Positions 11,201 through 23,105 of a stretch of DNA of 64,000 nt are shown here, piece after piece. The DNA comes from Mobula hypostoma (lineage: Eukaryota). The translations under genes and the position numbers were made by a program. Numbering within the stretch: the stretch's first letter is position 1; the number at the start of each line of letters is the position of its first letter. The notes under the pieces were generated by a model. That model worked only from the letters and a program-made list of their open reading frames with translations, ran no database searches and was not told where the DNA came from. The stretch covers positions 19,096,001 to 19,160,000 of the forward strand of contig NC_086106.1 of NCBI RefSeq assembly GCF_963921235.1, read 5' to 3'.

Positions 11201-13438
11201 TGATTATAGGGATGACTTGCAGTGGACTGAAAAGCTTGAGAATGTAGATATTAAGAAAGAGGATGTGCTGGAGCTTTTGGAAAGCATCAAGTTGGATAAG
11301 TCGCTGGGACCGGATGAGATGTACCCCAGACTACTGTGGGAGGCGAGGCAGGAGATTGCTGAGCCTCTGCAATGACCTGTACATCATCAATGGGGATGAG
11401 AGAGGTTCAGAGGACTGGAGGGTGGTGGATGTTGTTCCCTTATTCAAGAAAGGGAGTAGGGATAGCCCAGGAAATTATAGACCAGTGAGTCTTACTTCAG
11501 TCATTGGTAAGTTGATGGAGAAGATCCTGAGAGACAGGATTTATGAACATTTGGATAGGTATAATATGATTAGGAATAGTCAGCATGGCTTTGTCAAGGG
11601 CACATCGTGCCTTACAAGCCTGATTGAATTTTTTGAGGATGTGACTAAACACATTGATGAAGGAAGAGCGGTAGATGTAGTGTATATGGATTTCAGCAAG
11701 GCATTTGATAAGGTACCCCATGTAAGGCTTATTGAGAAAGTAAGGAGGCATGGAATCCAAGGGGACATTGCCTTGTGGATCCAGAACTGGCTTGCCCACA
11801 GAAGGCAAAGAGTGGTTAGAGACAGGTCATATTCTGCATGGAGGTCGGTGACCAGTGGTATGCCTCAGGGATCTGTTCTGGGACCCCTACTCTTTGTGAT
11901 TTTTATAAATGACCTGGATGAGGAATGGAGGGATGGGTTACTAAGTTTGCTGATGACACAAAGTTTGGGGGTGTTCTGGCTAGAGTCGAGGACTGTCAGA
12001 GGTTACAGCGTGTCATCAATAAGATGCAAAACTGGGCTGAGAAGTGGCAGATGGAGTTCAATCCAGATAAGAGTGAGGTGGTTCATTTTGGTAGGTCAAA
12101 TATGATGGCAGAATATCGTATTAATTGTAAGACTCTTGGCAGTGTGGAGGATCAGAAGGCTCTTGGGGTCCGAGTCCATCAGACGCTCAAAGCAGCTGCG
12201 CAGGTTGAGTCTGTGGTTTAGAAGGCATACATTGTATTGGCCTTCATCAATTGTGAAATTGAATTTCAGAGCCAAGAGGTAATGTTGCTGCTATATACGA
12301 CCCTGGTCAGACCCCACTTAGAGTACTGTGCTCAGTTCTGTTCACTTCACTACAGGAAGGATGTGGAAACCATAGAAAGGGGGCAGAGGATATTTACAAG
12401 GAAATTGCCTGGATTGGGGAGCATGCCTTATGAAAACAGGTTGAGTGAACTTGTCCTTTTCTCCTTGGAGCAACGGAGGATGATAGGTGACCTGATAGAG
12501 GTACATAAAATGATGAGAAGCATTGGTCGTGTGGATAGTCAGAGGCTTTTTCCCAGGGCTGAAATGGCTGCCGCAAGAGGGCACAGGTTTAAGGTGCTTG
12601 GGAGTAGGTACAGAGGAGATGTCAGTTTTATACGCAGAGAGTGGTGAGTGCGTGGAATGGGCTGTCAGCAACGGTGGTGGAGGCGGACACGATAGGGTCT
12701 TTTAAGAGACTTTTGGATAGGTAAATAGAGCTTAGAAAAATAGAGGGCTATGGTAAACCCAGTAATTTCTAAGGTAGGGACATGTTTGGCACAACTTTGT
12801 GGGCCGAAAGGCCAGTATTGCGCTGTAGGTTTTCTATGTTACTATGCTTCTATATTGAGAAAATTCAGAAATATGAGGTGCAAAGGGCCTTGGGGGTCCT
12901 TGTGCAGGATTCCATTCAGGTTAATTTGCAAGTTGAGTCTGTAGTGCGGAAGGCAAATGTGATGTTTGAATTCATTTTGAAAGGACTAAAAAATGAAAGC
13001 AAGGATGTAATGTTGAGTATTTATGAGAAACTGGTGAGGTCCCAATTGTAGTACGGTGAACAGTTTGGGCACCTTATCTAAGAAAAGACGTGCTGACATT
13101 GATGAGTGTTCAAAGGAGTTTAACAAAATGGTTCTGGGATTGATAGGCTTATCATATGAGAAATGTTTGATGACTCAGGTCTGTATTCACTGGATTTCAC
13201 AAGAATGAGGGGGGTATCTCACTGAAACCTATTGAATGTTGAAATGCCTCAACAGGGTGGATGTGGAGAGAATGTTTCCTCTGGTGGGAGAGTCCAGGAC
13301 CAGAGGACACAGCCTCAGACTAGAGGGTCATCCATTTAGAACGGAGATGAGGAGAAATTTCTTTTGCCAGAGAGTGGTGAATCTGTGTAATTTGTTGCCA
13401 CGGGCAACTGTGGTGCCCAAGTCATTGGATATATTTAA

Positions 13439-15114
13439 CCCTGACATACTGTTCGGGTCAATTTTGACCCTTTTTGACAGCGGTGAAAACTCCCTAAACA
13501 CCCTTTTTTTTCAGCCGAAATTTTATGACTTTTCCTAAAGTGACCCAAAATGCGCAAAAATGAAAAGATTTTTAAAAATTAAACTTTTGTACAGGTGCTA
13601 CAATTTTTGCAACACTGAAGCTGTTCCGGGTCAAATTTTACCCGTACTGATTCAAGCCAGGGAAATATGGGATAAAGATATGGGCAGCCTGTGATGCGTG
13701 TTCCAGTTATGCTTGGAATATGCAAGTGTATACTGGGAAGGCAGCTGTGGGAAGCCCGGAGAGAAAGCAAGGCATGTGTGTCGTGTTGGACATGACAGAA
13801 GGGCTGAAGGGACACAACGTGACCTGTGACAACTTCTTCACGTCTCATGAACTTGGTCAGGCGCTCCTGAAGCAGAAAATCAGAATGGTGGGTACTGTGA
13901 GGCGGAACAAGCCAGAGCTGCCACCTGCCCTGACTGAAAGAAGGGGGAGAGACGTCTTGTCTTCTAAGTTTGTGTTCACCCATGACACCACAGCTGTCTC
14001 GTGTACGGCAAAGAAGAACAAGAATGTGATCCTCATGAGCACTTTACACAAGGCTGCAGAGGGAAGCGATCAGGGGGACAGAAAACCAGCCATCATCCTG
14101 GACTACAATGCTAACAAAGCGGGGGGTTGATCACCTTGACGAAGTCACAAACACACACAGCTGCAAGAGAACAGCCCGCTGGCCTCTCGCGATATTTCAT
14201 AACAACATTGACATTTCCACACACAATGCCTTTGTCATCTGGAGTGACCTGAGCCCTGCCTGGAGGGCAAGCAAGAGGAACTGGAGGAGGTTCTTTTTCG
14301 AGGAGCTTGGAAAGGCCTTTGTGACTCCCTCTATGCAAAGGCGAGAACACCTTCCCCACGCAGCATTCTCAGCGGCAGTGGGAAGGGCAGTGCAGCAATC
14401 TGAACCTGGCCCTGCTCAACAAGTCCCACAAGAGGCCAAAACAGGGGAACAAAAGAGAAGGAGATGCAACTTCTGCCCGGCAAAACAGGACGGCAAAACA
14501 TCGACGACTTGCAGCAAATGTGGTAGACTCGTATGCAAGGGCCACACACGCAGGGTTTCCCACTACTGCTTTGAATGCAAAGACTAGTTTGCAAATAGCA
14601 ACTACTTCTTTGTTTAGTTTGTTGGTTAAATGGTATTTAATGTTGAATTAATAGTTAATAGTTATAATTAGATAGCAGTTAGTAGGATTTTTTTTAAATG
14701 ATATAGCAGTAAGGACAGTGCTTGCTGATTGTAATGGATACAAATGGTTATATAATAAACCGCATAGTTCCGGAATGTTCTTGCCATTTTCAGTTTCAAT
14801 AAAATATATTTAATTCTTTATGGCTGTTAGGTTTTCATGTCTCAGGTAAAATAGGATATTATATTGTGTGACAGTGTATGTTTTTTCTCCAACAACGAGT
14901 GGTGTAAAACCTAAAAAATACACTGTCCCTCATCTCTGATACATTAATTAAGGATTAATCATACTTTTATTAATGTCAGATCAGCTATTTTGATATTGTA
15001 AATAGATCAGTGGCTCAACATTTGGTATAGACACTTATTAGGGATTCTTGGGCCAGGGTCAAAATTGACCCTGAACATACTGGGAAGGTACAAAATCTGA
15101 ACAGTATGTAAGGG
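13439..15114 (+). mobile_element. piggyBac DNA transposon, internal deletion derivative (1676 bp)
   Basis: TTAA at 13435-13438 and TTAT at 15115-15118. 16-bp TIRs CCCTGACATACTGTTC / GAACAGTATGTAAGGG (1 mismatch). Subterminal GGGTCAATTTTGACCC at 13455-13470 and its exact reverse complement at 15056-15071. Confidence 0.93.
13650..14587 (+). pseudogene. piggyBac transposase C-terminal half (PGBD4-like), +1 frameshift near 14120
   Basis: SKPGKYGIKIWAACDA, TCDNFFTS, GTVRRNK, DYNANK/GGVDHLD, and Cys-rich tail CNFC...CSKCGRLVCKGH. The N-terminus and first catalytic Asp are absent. Confidence 0.9.
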
Positions 15115-16609
15115 TTATGGAAGGGTTGGTAAATTCTGGATTAGTCAGGATATGAAGGGATACTGGGAAAAGGCAGGTGATTGAGGCTGAGAGGGAAATT
15201 GAGTCAGTCATGATGAAATGCTGGAGCAGACTCAATGGGCGAAATGGCATAATTCTACTCCAATCTCTTATCTTATGGTTTTACTCAGGAACTAAAACAT
15301 TTGCCCAACTGTGGATCACCCTGACGTTCTGAACTGGTATTCAGATTCTTGATTCAGGTTGATCTTGGAGATACTGACAGACACCTCTTCACAGGGTTCC
15401 ATCTCCTGGAATGAGGACACACCGTCTGTTATTTAGTTCACCTGTCCTCACAGGTTAATGTCTGTGCTGCACCTTGTCACACAATATCATACTCTCCTGT
15501 CTATATTTCAGGTTCAGCAGTGACCAGCAGATACACACCCCACATTCAATCAGGAGATCCCCATGTGGCTGCGATGTTTGGAAATGGAGTCTCCATCTCA
15601 CTCACTCGGCAATCCGAGGCTACTGCACTGCAACTGCTCATTTCAGGAAATAAACCTCTAAATGTACCGGGAATGCCAGATGGGAAATGGGGGCACAGAG
15701 CCGGTTCAGTGGGTGGAGGGACAGCGGTGGATGATACATTGGGAAAATGGCAGGATATGTGACACTGGAGGGGGTATACAGGAGGGGAGAGGAAGGCAGA
15801 GTTAAGGCTTGGGAATGGGAGCAGGGGAATGGGGGTGTGTTTAGTGATGGAGAAGAGGGAGTTGAGGAAGTGGTTATTATTGTTATGGAGCAAGAAGTTG
15901 ACATGGGGAGGGGGAGTGTGGTGGAGGATGTTCTGTCAAATTTTGTAAATCAAATTTTGTGGAAATCATTGCCTGTAGCTTTTCTTCCAGTTTTCCACTG
16001 GAGTTTATGTCATGATTTGAAATTTTATTCATTAAAAATAAAGAAAAAGAGAAAATGAAGTGACTGGAGTTGATAAAACTGAGGGAAGCCATTCAGCCCA
16101 TCTTAGTTCCCTCATCACTGCAGAGATTCCATCTGCCTCCACGTACGAGTGGGTAATGCATCCCGGGACAAATATCGGAGAGATTCCCAGCCAGTGATAT
16201 ATGAGTGTAGCCCCACACGTACTGCTCATGTTCATAATGGATTTCCCACAATGGGAACACTGGGGTGCTGCACCCCGAGAAAGATATTCAGGAAAACACA
16301 GAGGCTCATTGGAAGGGTTTCTCAGATCCCCATTACACATCCCAGAGCCAGATATTGATGGAATGTTTCATAATGAGTGTCTCAATCCATATTTCAACAC
16401 AGTATCCGAATTCTCCCCACTCCATATCGTAGAAAAATGTGGGTACAGGAGCTTCTCCATTACACCCACAATCTCCCTTCAATGTCTCAGCTGAAAGGCA
16501 GCAGCTCTGTCCCTCTGTACGACAGTGAACAGCCAAGTCAGCCTGAATTTCTGTTCTCACATCACTGAAAAGTGACTCAACAGCATCAGTGCCCTGGAAC
16601 AGAACTCAC

Positions 16610-16646
16610 TGTGGGGACCAAAGCCTTTGGCCTGCTCAGTGTTTAT
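16610..16646 (-). other. Putative 37-nt micro-exon of an unidentified host transcript (copy A)
   Basis: Minus strand AAAGTTTCCTTCAG|exon|GTGAGT. Both splice sites and the length are conserved in copy B (58825-58861). Confidence 0.4.
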
Positions 16647-17011
16647 CTGAAGGAAACTTTGTGCATCCTGCAGCATCCCCCATCAGAGAGTGTGGAGCTG
16701 TTGGTACAAGTACATGTGACACAGAACTGGAGATCGACCATGTACATATTTTAATGTGATGTCAGCAGGAGAGAGCTTTTTGAAAAAATATGTCAGTGCA
16801 GGAAAATACAACAGATACTGGGGTAAACACATTCGGAGCAGAAAACATAAACGGTTACTAATTAATGCAAACCAAGAATAGAAGAGAATACAACAGCTGT
16901 CTGAGTGATGAACACCAATATTTATTTGAGCAGAGTAAGTCCAAGGGACAGACATTGGAGGAAGGCACAAAGGACCAGATATTGAAGGAATGTACTCCAG
17001 GAATAGACAAT

Positions 17012-19909
17012 GGGCAGGTATTCAGATTTCTGGATCATTGGGACCTCTTCTGGGGCAGGTGTGATCTGTACAAAAAGCAAGGGTTACACTTGAATCCAAG
17101 GGGGTCCAATATTCTGGCGGGAAGATTTGCTGAGGGTATTGGGGAGAATTTAAACCAGAATTGCTGGGGGGTGGGAACCGAACTGAAGTGACAGAGGAAA
17201 GAGAGGTTGGGTCACAAATAGAGAAAGTTTGGAGACAGTGAGAAAGAGAGAATAGGCAGGTGATAGAGAAGGGATGCACTCACTCTGATGGTTTGAGATG
17301 TGTCTATTTTAATGAGAGGAGTATTATGAATAAAGTGGAAGAGCTTAAAGCACGGATCAGCACTTGAAGCTAAGATGTTGTGGCCATTACAGAGACTTGG
17401 ATGACGCAGGGGCAGGAATGGCTACTTCAAGTGCCAGGCTTTAGATGTTTCAGAAAGGATAGGCAGGGTGGCAAAAGAGGTGGGGGTGTGGCACTGTTGA
17501 TCAGAGATAGAGTCATGGCTGCAGAAAAGGAGGAAGTCATGGAGGCTTTGTCTACGGAGTCTCTGTGGGTGGAAATTAGGAATAGGAAGGGGTCAATAAC
17601 TCAACTGGGTGTTTTTACAGACCACCCAATAGCAACAGCGACATCAAGGAACAGATAGGGAGACAGATTCTGGGAAGGAGTAATAATAACAGGATTGTTG
17701 TGGCGGGAGATTATAATTTCCCAAATATTGATTGGCATCTCCCTCGAGTGAGGGGTTTAGACGGGGTGGAGTTTGTTAGGTGTGTTCAAGAAGGTTTCTT
17801 GACACAATATGTAGACAACACTACAAGAGGAGAGGCTGTACTTGATCTGGTATTGGAAAATGAACCTGGTCAGGTGTCAGGTCTCTCAGTGGGTGTCACA
17901 GTTGGTAATGGACCCAAATGCAAGACACAGACAAGGAACAGGACTTGACTAGATTAGGGATGTGACAGGGTACAGACAAGGAGCAGGGATAAGAACATAG
18001 ACCTGGGCTTGGGCCCCGAGCTAGAGACTGGACAAGGACCCAGAACCTGGGTCTTGCCTCGGGCTCGGGCTCCAGAACCAGGCAAGAACATGACATGGCT
18101 ACGGACAGGACGTGGCTGGGATCTAGAGGCTTGGGACTACAGGCTGGGGTCTTGGTCTTCAAGCATGGAGGCTGGGGTCGACAGGCGTGGGTTCTAAGAG
18201 CTTGGCTTGGGATCTTCGAGGCTTGGGTTCACTATTCAGTATTCACTACGGAAAAGGATCTTGGTGATTGTAGGGATGACTTGCAGTGGATTGAAAAGCT
18301 TGAGAATGTAGATATTAAGAAAGAGGATGTGCTGGAGCTTTTGGAAAGCATCAAGTTGGATAAGTCGCTGGGACCAGATGAGATGTACCCCAGACTACTT
18401 TGGGAGGCGAGGAAGGAGATTGCTGAGCCTCTGCGATGATCTTTGCATCATCAATGAGGACGAGAGAGGTTCCAGAGGACTGGAGGGTGGCAGTTGTTGT
18501 TCCCTTGTTCAAGAAAGGGAGTAGAGATAGCCCAGGAAATTATAGACCAGTGAGTCTTACTTCAGTGGTTGGTAAGTTGATGAAGATCCTGAGAGGCAGG
18601 ATTTATGAACATTTGGAGAGGTAGAATATGATTAGGAATAGTCAGCATGGCTTTGTCAAGGGCAGGTCGTGCCTTACAAGCCTAATTGAATTTTTTGAGG
18701 ATGTGACTAAACACATTGATGTAGGAAGAGCAGTAGATGTAGTGCATATGGATTTCAGCAAGGCATTTGATAAGGTACTCCATACAAGGCTTATTGAGAA
18801 AGTAAGGAGGCATGGGATCCAAGGGGACATTGCTTTGTGGATCCAGAACTGGCTTGCCCACAGAAGGCAAAGAGTGGTTAGAGACAGGTCACATTCTGCA
18901 TGGAGGTCGATGACCAGTGGTTTGCTTCAGGGATCTGATCTGGGACCCTTACTCCGTGATTTTTAAAAATGACCTGGATGAGGAATGGAGGGATGGGTTA
19001 CGAAGTTTGCTGATGACACAAAGTTTGGGGGTGTTCTGGATAGTGTGGAGGTCTGTCAGAGTTTACAACGGGACATTGATAGGATGCAAAACTGGGCTGA
19101 GAAGTAGCAGATGGAGTTCAACCCAGATAAGTGTGAGGTGGTTCATTTTGGTAAGTCAAATATCATGGCAGAATATAGTATTAATTGTAAGACTCTTGGC
19201 AGTGTGGAGGATCAGAGGGCTCTTGGGGTCCGAGTCCAGAGGACACTCAAAGCTTACGCAGGTTGACTCTGTGGATAAGAAGGCATACAGTGCATTGGCC
19301 TTTATCAATCGTGGGACTGAGTTTAAGAGCCGACAGGTAATGTTGCAGCTATATACGACCCTGGTCAGACCCCACTTGGAGAACTTTGCTCAATTCTGGT
19401 CGCCTCACTACAGGAAGGACGTGGAAACCATAGAAAGGGCGCAGAGGAAATTTACAAGGATGTTGCCTGGATCAGGGTGCATGCCTTATGAGAATAGCTT
19501 GAGTGAACTCGGCCTTTTCTCCTTGGAATGATGGTGGATGAGAAGTGACTTGATAGAGGTGTACAAGATACTGAGAGGCATTGATTGTGTGGATGGTCAG
19601 AGGCTTTTCCCCAGGGCTGAAATGGCAAGCATGAGAGGGGACAGTTGTAAGGTGCTTGGAAACAGGTATAGAGAGATGTTAGGGGTAAGTTTTTTACGCA
19701 GAGAGTGGTGAGTGTGTGGAATGGGCTGCCAGCGGCAGTGGTGGAGGCGGAAACGATAGGGTCTTTTAAGAGACTCTTGGATGGCTAAATGGAGCTTATA
19801 AAAATAGAGGACTATGGGTAAGCCTAGGTAGTTCTTAGGTGGGGACATGTTCAGTAGAGCTTTGTGGGCCGAAGGGCCTGTATTGTGCTGCATGTTTCGA
19901 TGTTGCTGT
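17012..19909 (+). mobile_element. 5'-truncated CR1 (end of ORF1 to 3' end), present only in duplication copy A
   Basis: EN (17380-17950) and RT (18436-19531), closely similar to 8500-12830. The empty site is seen at about 59228 (GACATTGGGG|AAAACTATG). Confidence 0.92.
17894..18232 (-). mobile_element. LTR fragment related to the solo LTR at 31318-32464, replacing part of the CR1
   Basis: Starts TGTCAC...GGACCCAAATGCAAGACA (compare GGACCCAAAAGCAAGACA at 31343) and shares GAACCTGGGTCTTG. About 0.55 kb of CR1 linker is missing at this site. Confidence 0.65.
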
Positions 19910-20198
19910 AAAACTATGAACAAGAAGACATTGGGGAAAATACCCCTCCACAGAACCAGAAATTGTGCTTAATTCTCAACTTCGTTCATGAGGGAATACG
20001 ACAGAGATTGGGAATGCACGATTGATCTTAGGGAAGGTTGTGATTCCCACGTGTGAGAAATAATTTAAAATCAATTATGTGGAAGAATCCGAGAATCAGA
20101 TTCCAAACCCCACATCTCAGGGATGCACCATGTTCAGTCATATGGGAAAATATATACGGAGCAGATTTTAGAAACTGCACCCAAAATCACAGATTGTA

Positions 20199-21092
20199 GG
20201 AGTTTCCCTGTGCCCATAACCTGGAGTGCAGAGCAGGTCATGAGGGTGCATGGCACTGAATCAGATACTGGGGACATTATTGCAGGAAAAGGAGATGACT
20301 TGGGACCAGCTCCAAATTTAATTAAAAATTAATTAAGAATTAAGTCACAGTTACATGTTTAATCAACTGACTTTAAAGATCCCCGCGGCCGTGATGTGAC
20401 CTGAACTCAGCTGTCTACGTCACAAACTCAGCTTCTTGATTCCATACGTTTTGCTCAGCAACCAGTCTCCCTCCCAGTCTCACACTCCAGCCAACTAGAA
20501 AGCCAGGATGTGCAACAACTGAGGACCTTACCTTGTCACTGGCCTCTGCTCCCCTCTGGGAATATCAGCTCCCGACACTGACCTGCCCACTCCTTCTTTC
20601 CCTCCCTGATTTCGTGCTGCCAGTCCTCCAGCATATCTTACACCCTTCACTGCTCACAGTAACAGCATTGCCTTCTGCTTCCTGTTTGTGTCTCTGCCTC
20701 TCTCTCTCTCTCAGCTAATGGCTCTGACAGTCTGTTTGTACAAAGTGCAGGCAGCTTGTCAGAGCCAGCATCTGACCCTGTGCTCTGTGGGGTGGGAGGG
20801 AGAAATGAGGCAGCAGATTGGAGGTTTGAAAAGTTTCAAATGAGCTGAGGGAAGGTGGAAGGAGGGAGAGAGAAGCAGGAAGGACAAGGAGAGAGAGGTC
20901 CCAGGGTTAGAGGGAGAGACTCTCCAAGGCCTGGATACCAAACTAATATCCAAATCTGTGCCATGTTCCTCACTTCCTGCTCTGCACCCTGTGTTCCAGA
21001 CACTGGGAATCTCCCCGACTTTGTGAATGTGTGGCTCTCCAAAATCTGATCCAAGTATATTTTAGCACAATACTGCATTTGGGGGGATTCCC
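20199..21092 (-). promoter_or_regulatory. Putative promoter/first non-coding exon with three NF-kB consensus sites (copy A)
   Basis: GGGRNWYYCC matches at 20199-20208 (minus), 21005-21014 and 21083-21092. Splice donor CAAG|GTAAG on the minus strand at 20532/20531. All are retained in copy B. Confidence 0.45.
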
Positions 21093-22075
21093 ACAGAGAC
21101 GGACTGAGAATTATTCCTTTCAATCTCATCCAAATGACTGCTGTTACCTGGATGAAGGAAGCCTCTCACTGATGGGAATCAATCCCATATTCCTGAGTAT
21201 TAGATGACAGGTGACACTAAGATAGATGGTATTGTGGGGAGAGAAGAAGGTTAGCAACAATTACAGTGGGATCTTGATCAGCTGGGTAGGTGAGATGAGG
21301 AATTACAAATAGAGTATTATTCAGATGAGGATGTCTCAGAGCGATTGCAGAACATTCTCAGTGAGGAGGGTGAGTAAACAGAAGTGGTTACACACATTGG
21401 CTCAAATGACAATTGGAAGCAAAAATGGATGTACTGCTGTGCAGTGAATATAGGGAGAAAGAAAAGATGTTAAAATGTAAGACCCCAACAGTGGTCATCT
21501 CTAGATTATTCCCAATGCCATGTGCAGGTGAAGTTGAAAATTGAACATATCATAGATTAATACATTGCTGAAACCTTGCACAGGGAGCAGGAATTCAGTT
21601 CAGTTCAGCAATTCAAGAAGGGTTACAATTAAAAATAAAATGTTGGGAACTATAGATGAGCAAAGCCAATATTTATGGTCAGAAGTTGATATAATAGAGC
21701 AAAAGTTGGTGAGAAATTAGAATGGGAAGATTTTAAAAACATTAGAAGACAATTTACAAAAACAAAGAGGCAGAACATCGAATACAAAAGTAAGTTAGCC
21801 AATAATATTGAAGAGGATACCAAAAGATTCTACAGATACATAACGTGTAAAAGAGAGGCGAGAATGGATATCAGACCACAGGAAAACGATGATGGAGAGG
21901 TAGTCATAGGGGACAAGGAAATGATGGACAAACTGAACAAGTATTTTCCATCAGTCTTCACTGTGGAAGGCACGAGCTGTATGGTGGAACTTCGAGAGTG
22001 TCGGGGGCAGGAGTGGGTAATGCGCCCATTACTAGGCTGAAGAGACTGTGGAGGCATTAGTAATGATCTTTCATG

Positions 22076-22932
22076 TGTTACGTACCCCGTAACTGGGTTG
22101 CCAAACCAGCAGAAATGGATCACTCAGTTGGAGTCTGGAGTACTAGAACTAAGAAAGTTTTATTAAAGAAACAAGCAACACAGTAATCGAAAGGATAATA
22201 AATGCAACAATTCAACAATGATAACCACACATGTGCACAGAATTAAGATAACAGCATCAATCAAGCTCTATCGTTGTCTAGGGGTAAATGACCAATTTCA
22301 AAATGACTCAAAGTTCAGTCCAGTTTGTAGTTCAGTTCGCAGTAATCGTTGCCATGGCGGTGGACAACGTGGGGGAAGAGAGACATAGAATAGGAACAGC
22401 TGATCATTCAGAACGGCTTCACTCACAGACCAGCGGGATGGCTCACAAACAGCATTTGGGCGGGTCCTTGGTGATGTCACCTGAGGTCACCGACTGTGAC
22501 CCCTCCTCCAGATGCGGTCGATCCTCTGCAGTGAACCCGGCACCCAGGCAAGGGCGGACACACACCGGGTTCCCGCTGATCGTACCTTTCCACCCTTGTC
22601 GTTGTCTGGTACTTCTCACCCACTCGTGAGAAGCGCACCGCTTCCAGGGTCTCGTTACCTCGGGTGGCGTGTGTCTGTCTTAGCGAACCTGTCCCTTTTT
22701 ATCCCCCTGCTGGGGTATCGCCTGTCCATCACTTCAAACAGTTCAGGGTTCAAAGGGGGGAGCCGCTCCAGACAGCTCTCTCTCCCACATCCCTTCATTA
22801 CACATCTCCAGACGCTGCTCCATTGTTCCTTATCTCTCCTTCCCCTGAGGGCAGGTGGCAGAACAACTGCTGATGCCACTGATGCTAGCCCAGGCCAGCA
22901 AACATCTTAATTTTATGTGTATTCTCGTAACA
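22076..22932 (-). repeat. 3' LTR of the Gmr1-like element
   Basis: About 8 differences from 26122-26978. Preceded on the minus strand by PPT AAAGGGGGGAAG (22933-22944). Confidence 0.95.
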
Positions 22933-23105
22933 CTTCCCCCCTTTAAGGATTTTTACCGGGAGGTAAAAATTACAAACATGACTACATTATCGGATACACA
23001 CACAAATATGCATCTTTATCAGTTATTTGGCTAATACAAAGAATTTGAAGCTGTCAACACCTTGACAGACAGTCATCACATTTTCTGTTCCTTTTACACG
23101 TGTTA

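Larger units (their letters stand above)
6702..12850 (+). mobile_element. Near full-length CR1 LINE (5' UTR, ORF1, ORF2, 3' end) interrupted by two nested insertions
   Basis: GC-rich 5' UTR, ORF1 from 6943, APE endonuclease at 8760-9300, RT at 11263-12221, and 3' tail TTTCTATGTTACTATG. Interrupted at 7632-8403 and 9991-11200. Confidence 0.9.
12855..15270 (+). mobile_element. Decayed CR1 3' fragment split by the piggyBac (12855-13438 and 15115-15270)
   Basis: ORF 13236 reads CLNRVDVERMFPLVGESRTRGHSL. CR1 3' sequence resumes after 15114. Confidence 0.75.
16400..21960. repeat. Segmental duplication, copy A (host segments 16400-17011 and 19910-21960; paralog 58618-61260)
   Basis: Colinear with 58618-61260 once the CR1 at 17012-19909 is removed. 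About 90-95% identity by eye. Includes a shared old CR1 remnant at about 21170-21960. Confidence 0.92.

Noticed and set aside
16572-16620. PGTELTV peptide and a CACTGTG heptamer suggesting an Ig/TCR J segment with an RSS
   Set aside because: No FGxG/WGxG motif, no nonamer at 12/23 spacing, no GT donor after the motif, and no V or C exons. The heptamer overlaps a minus-strand GTGAGT donor.
22288-22910. ORFs duplicated identically at 26334-26956
   Set aside because: They lie within the two LTRs; identity reflects recent LTR duplication, and there are no recognisable domains.
22945-23105. Possible env or extra ORF between pol and the 3' LTR
   Set aside because: Only about 160 bp, with no ORF.
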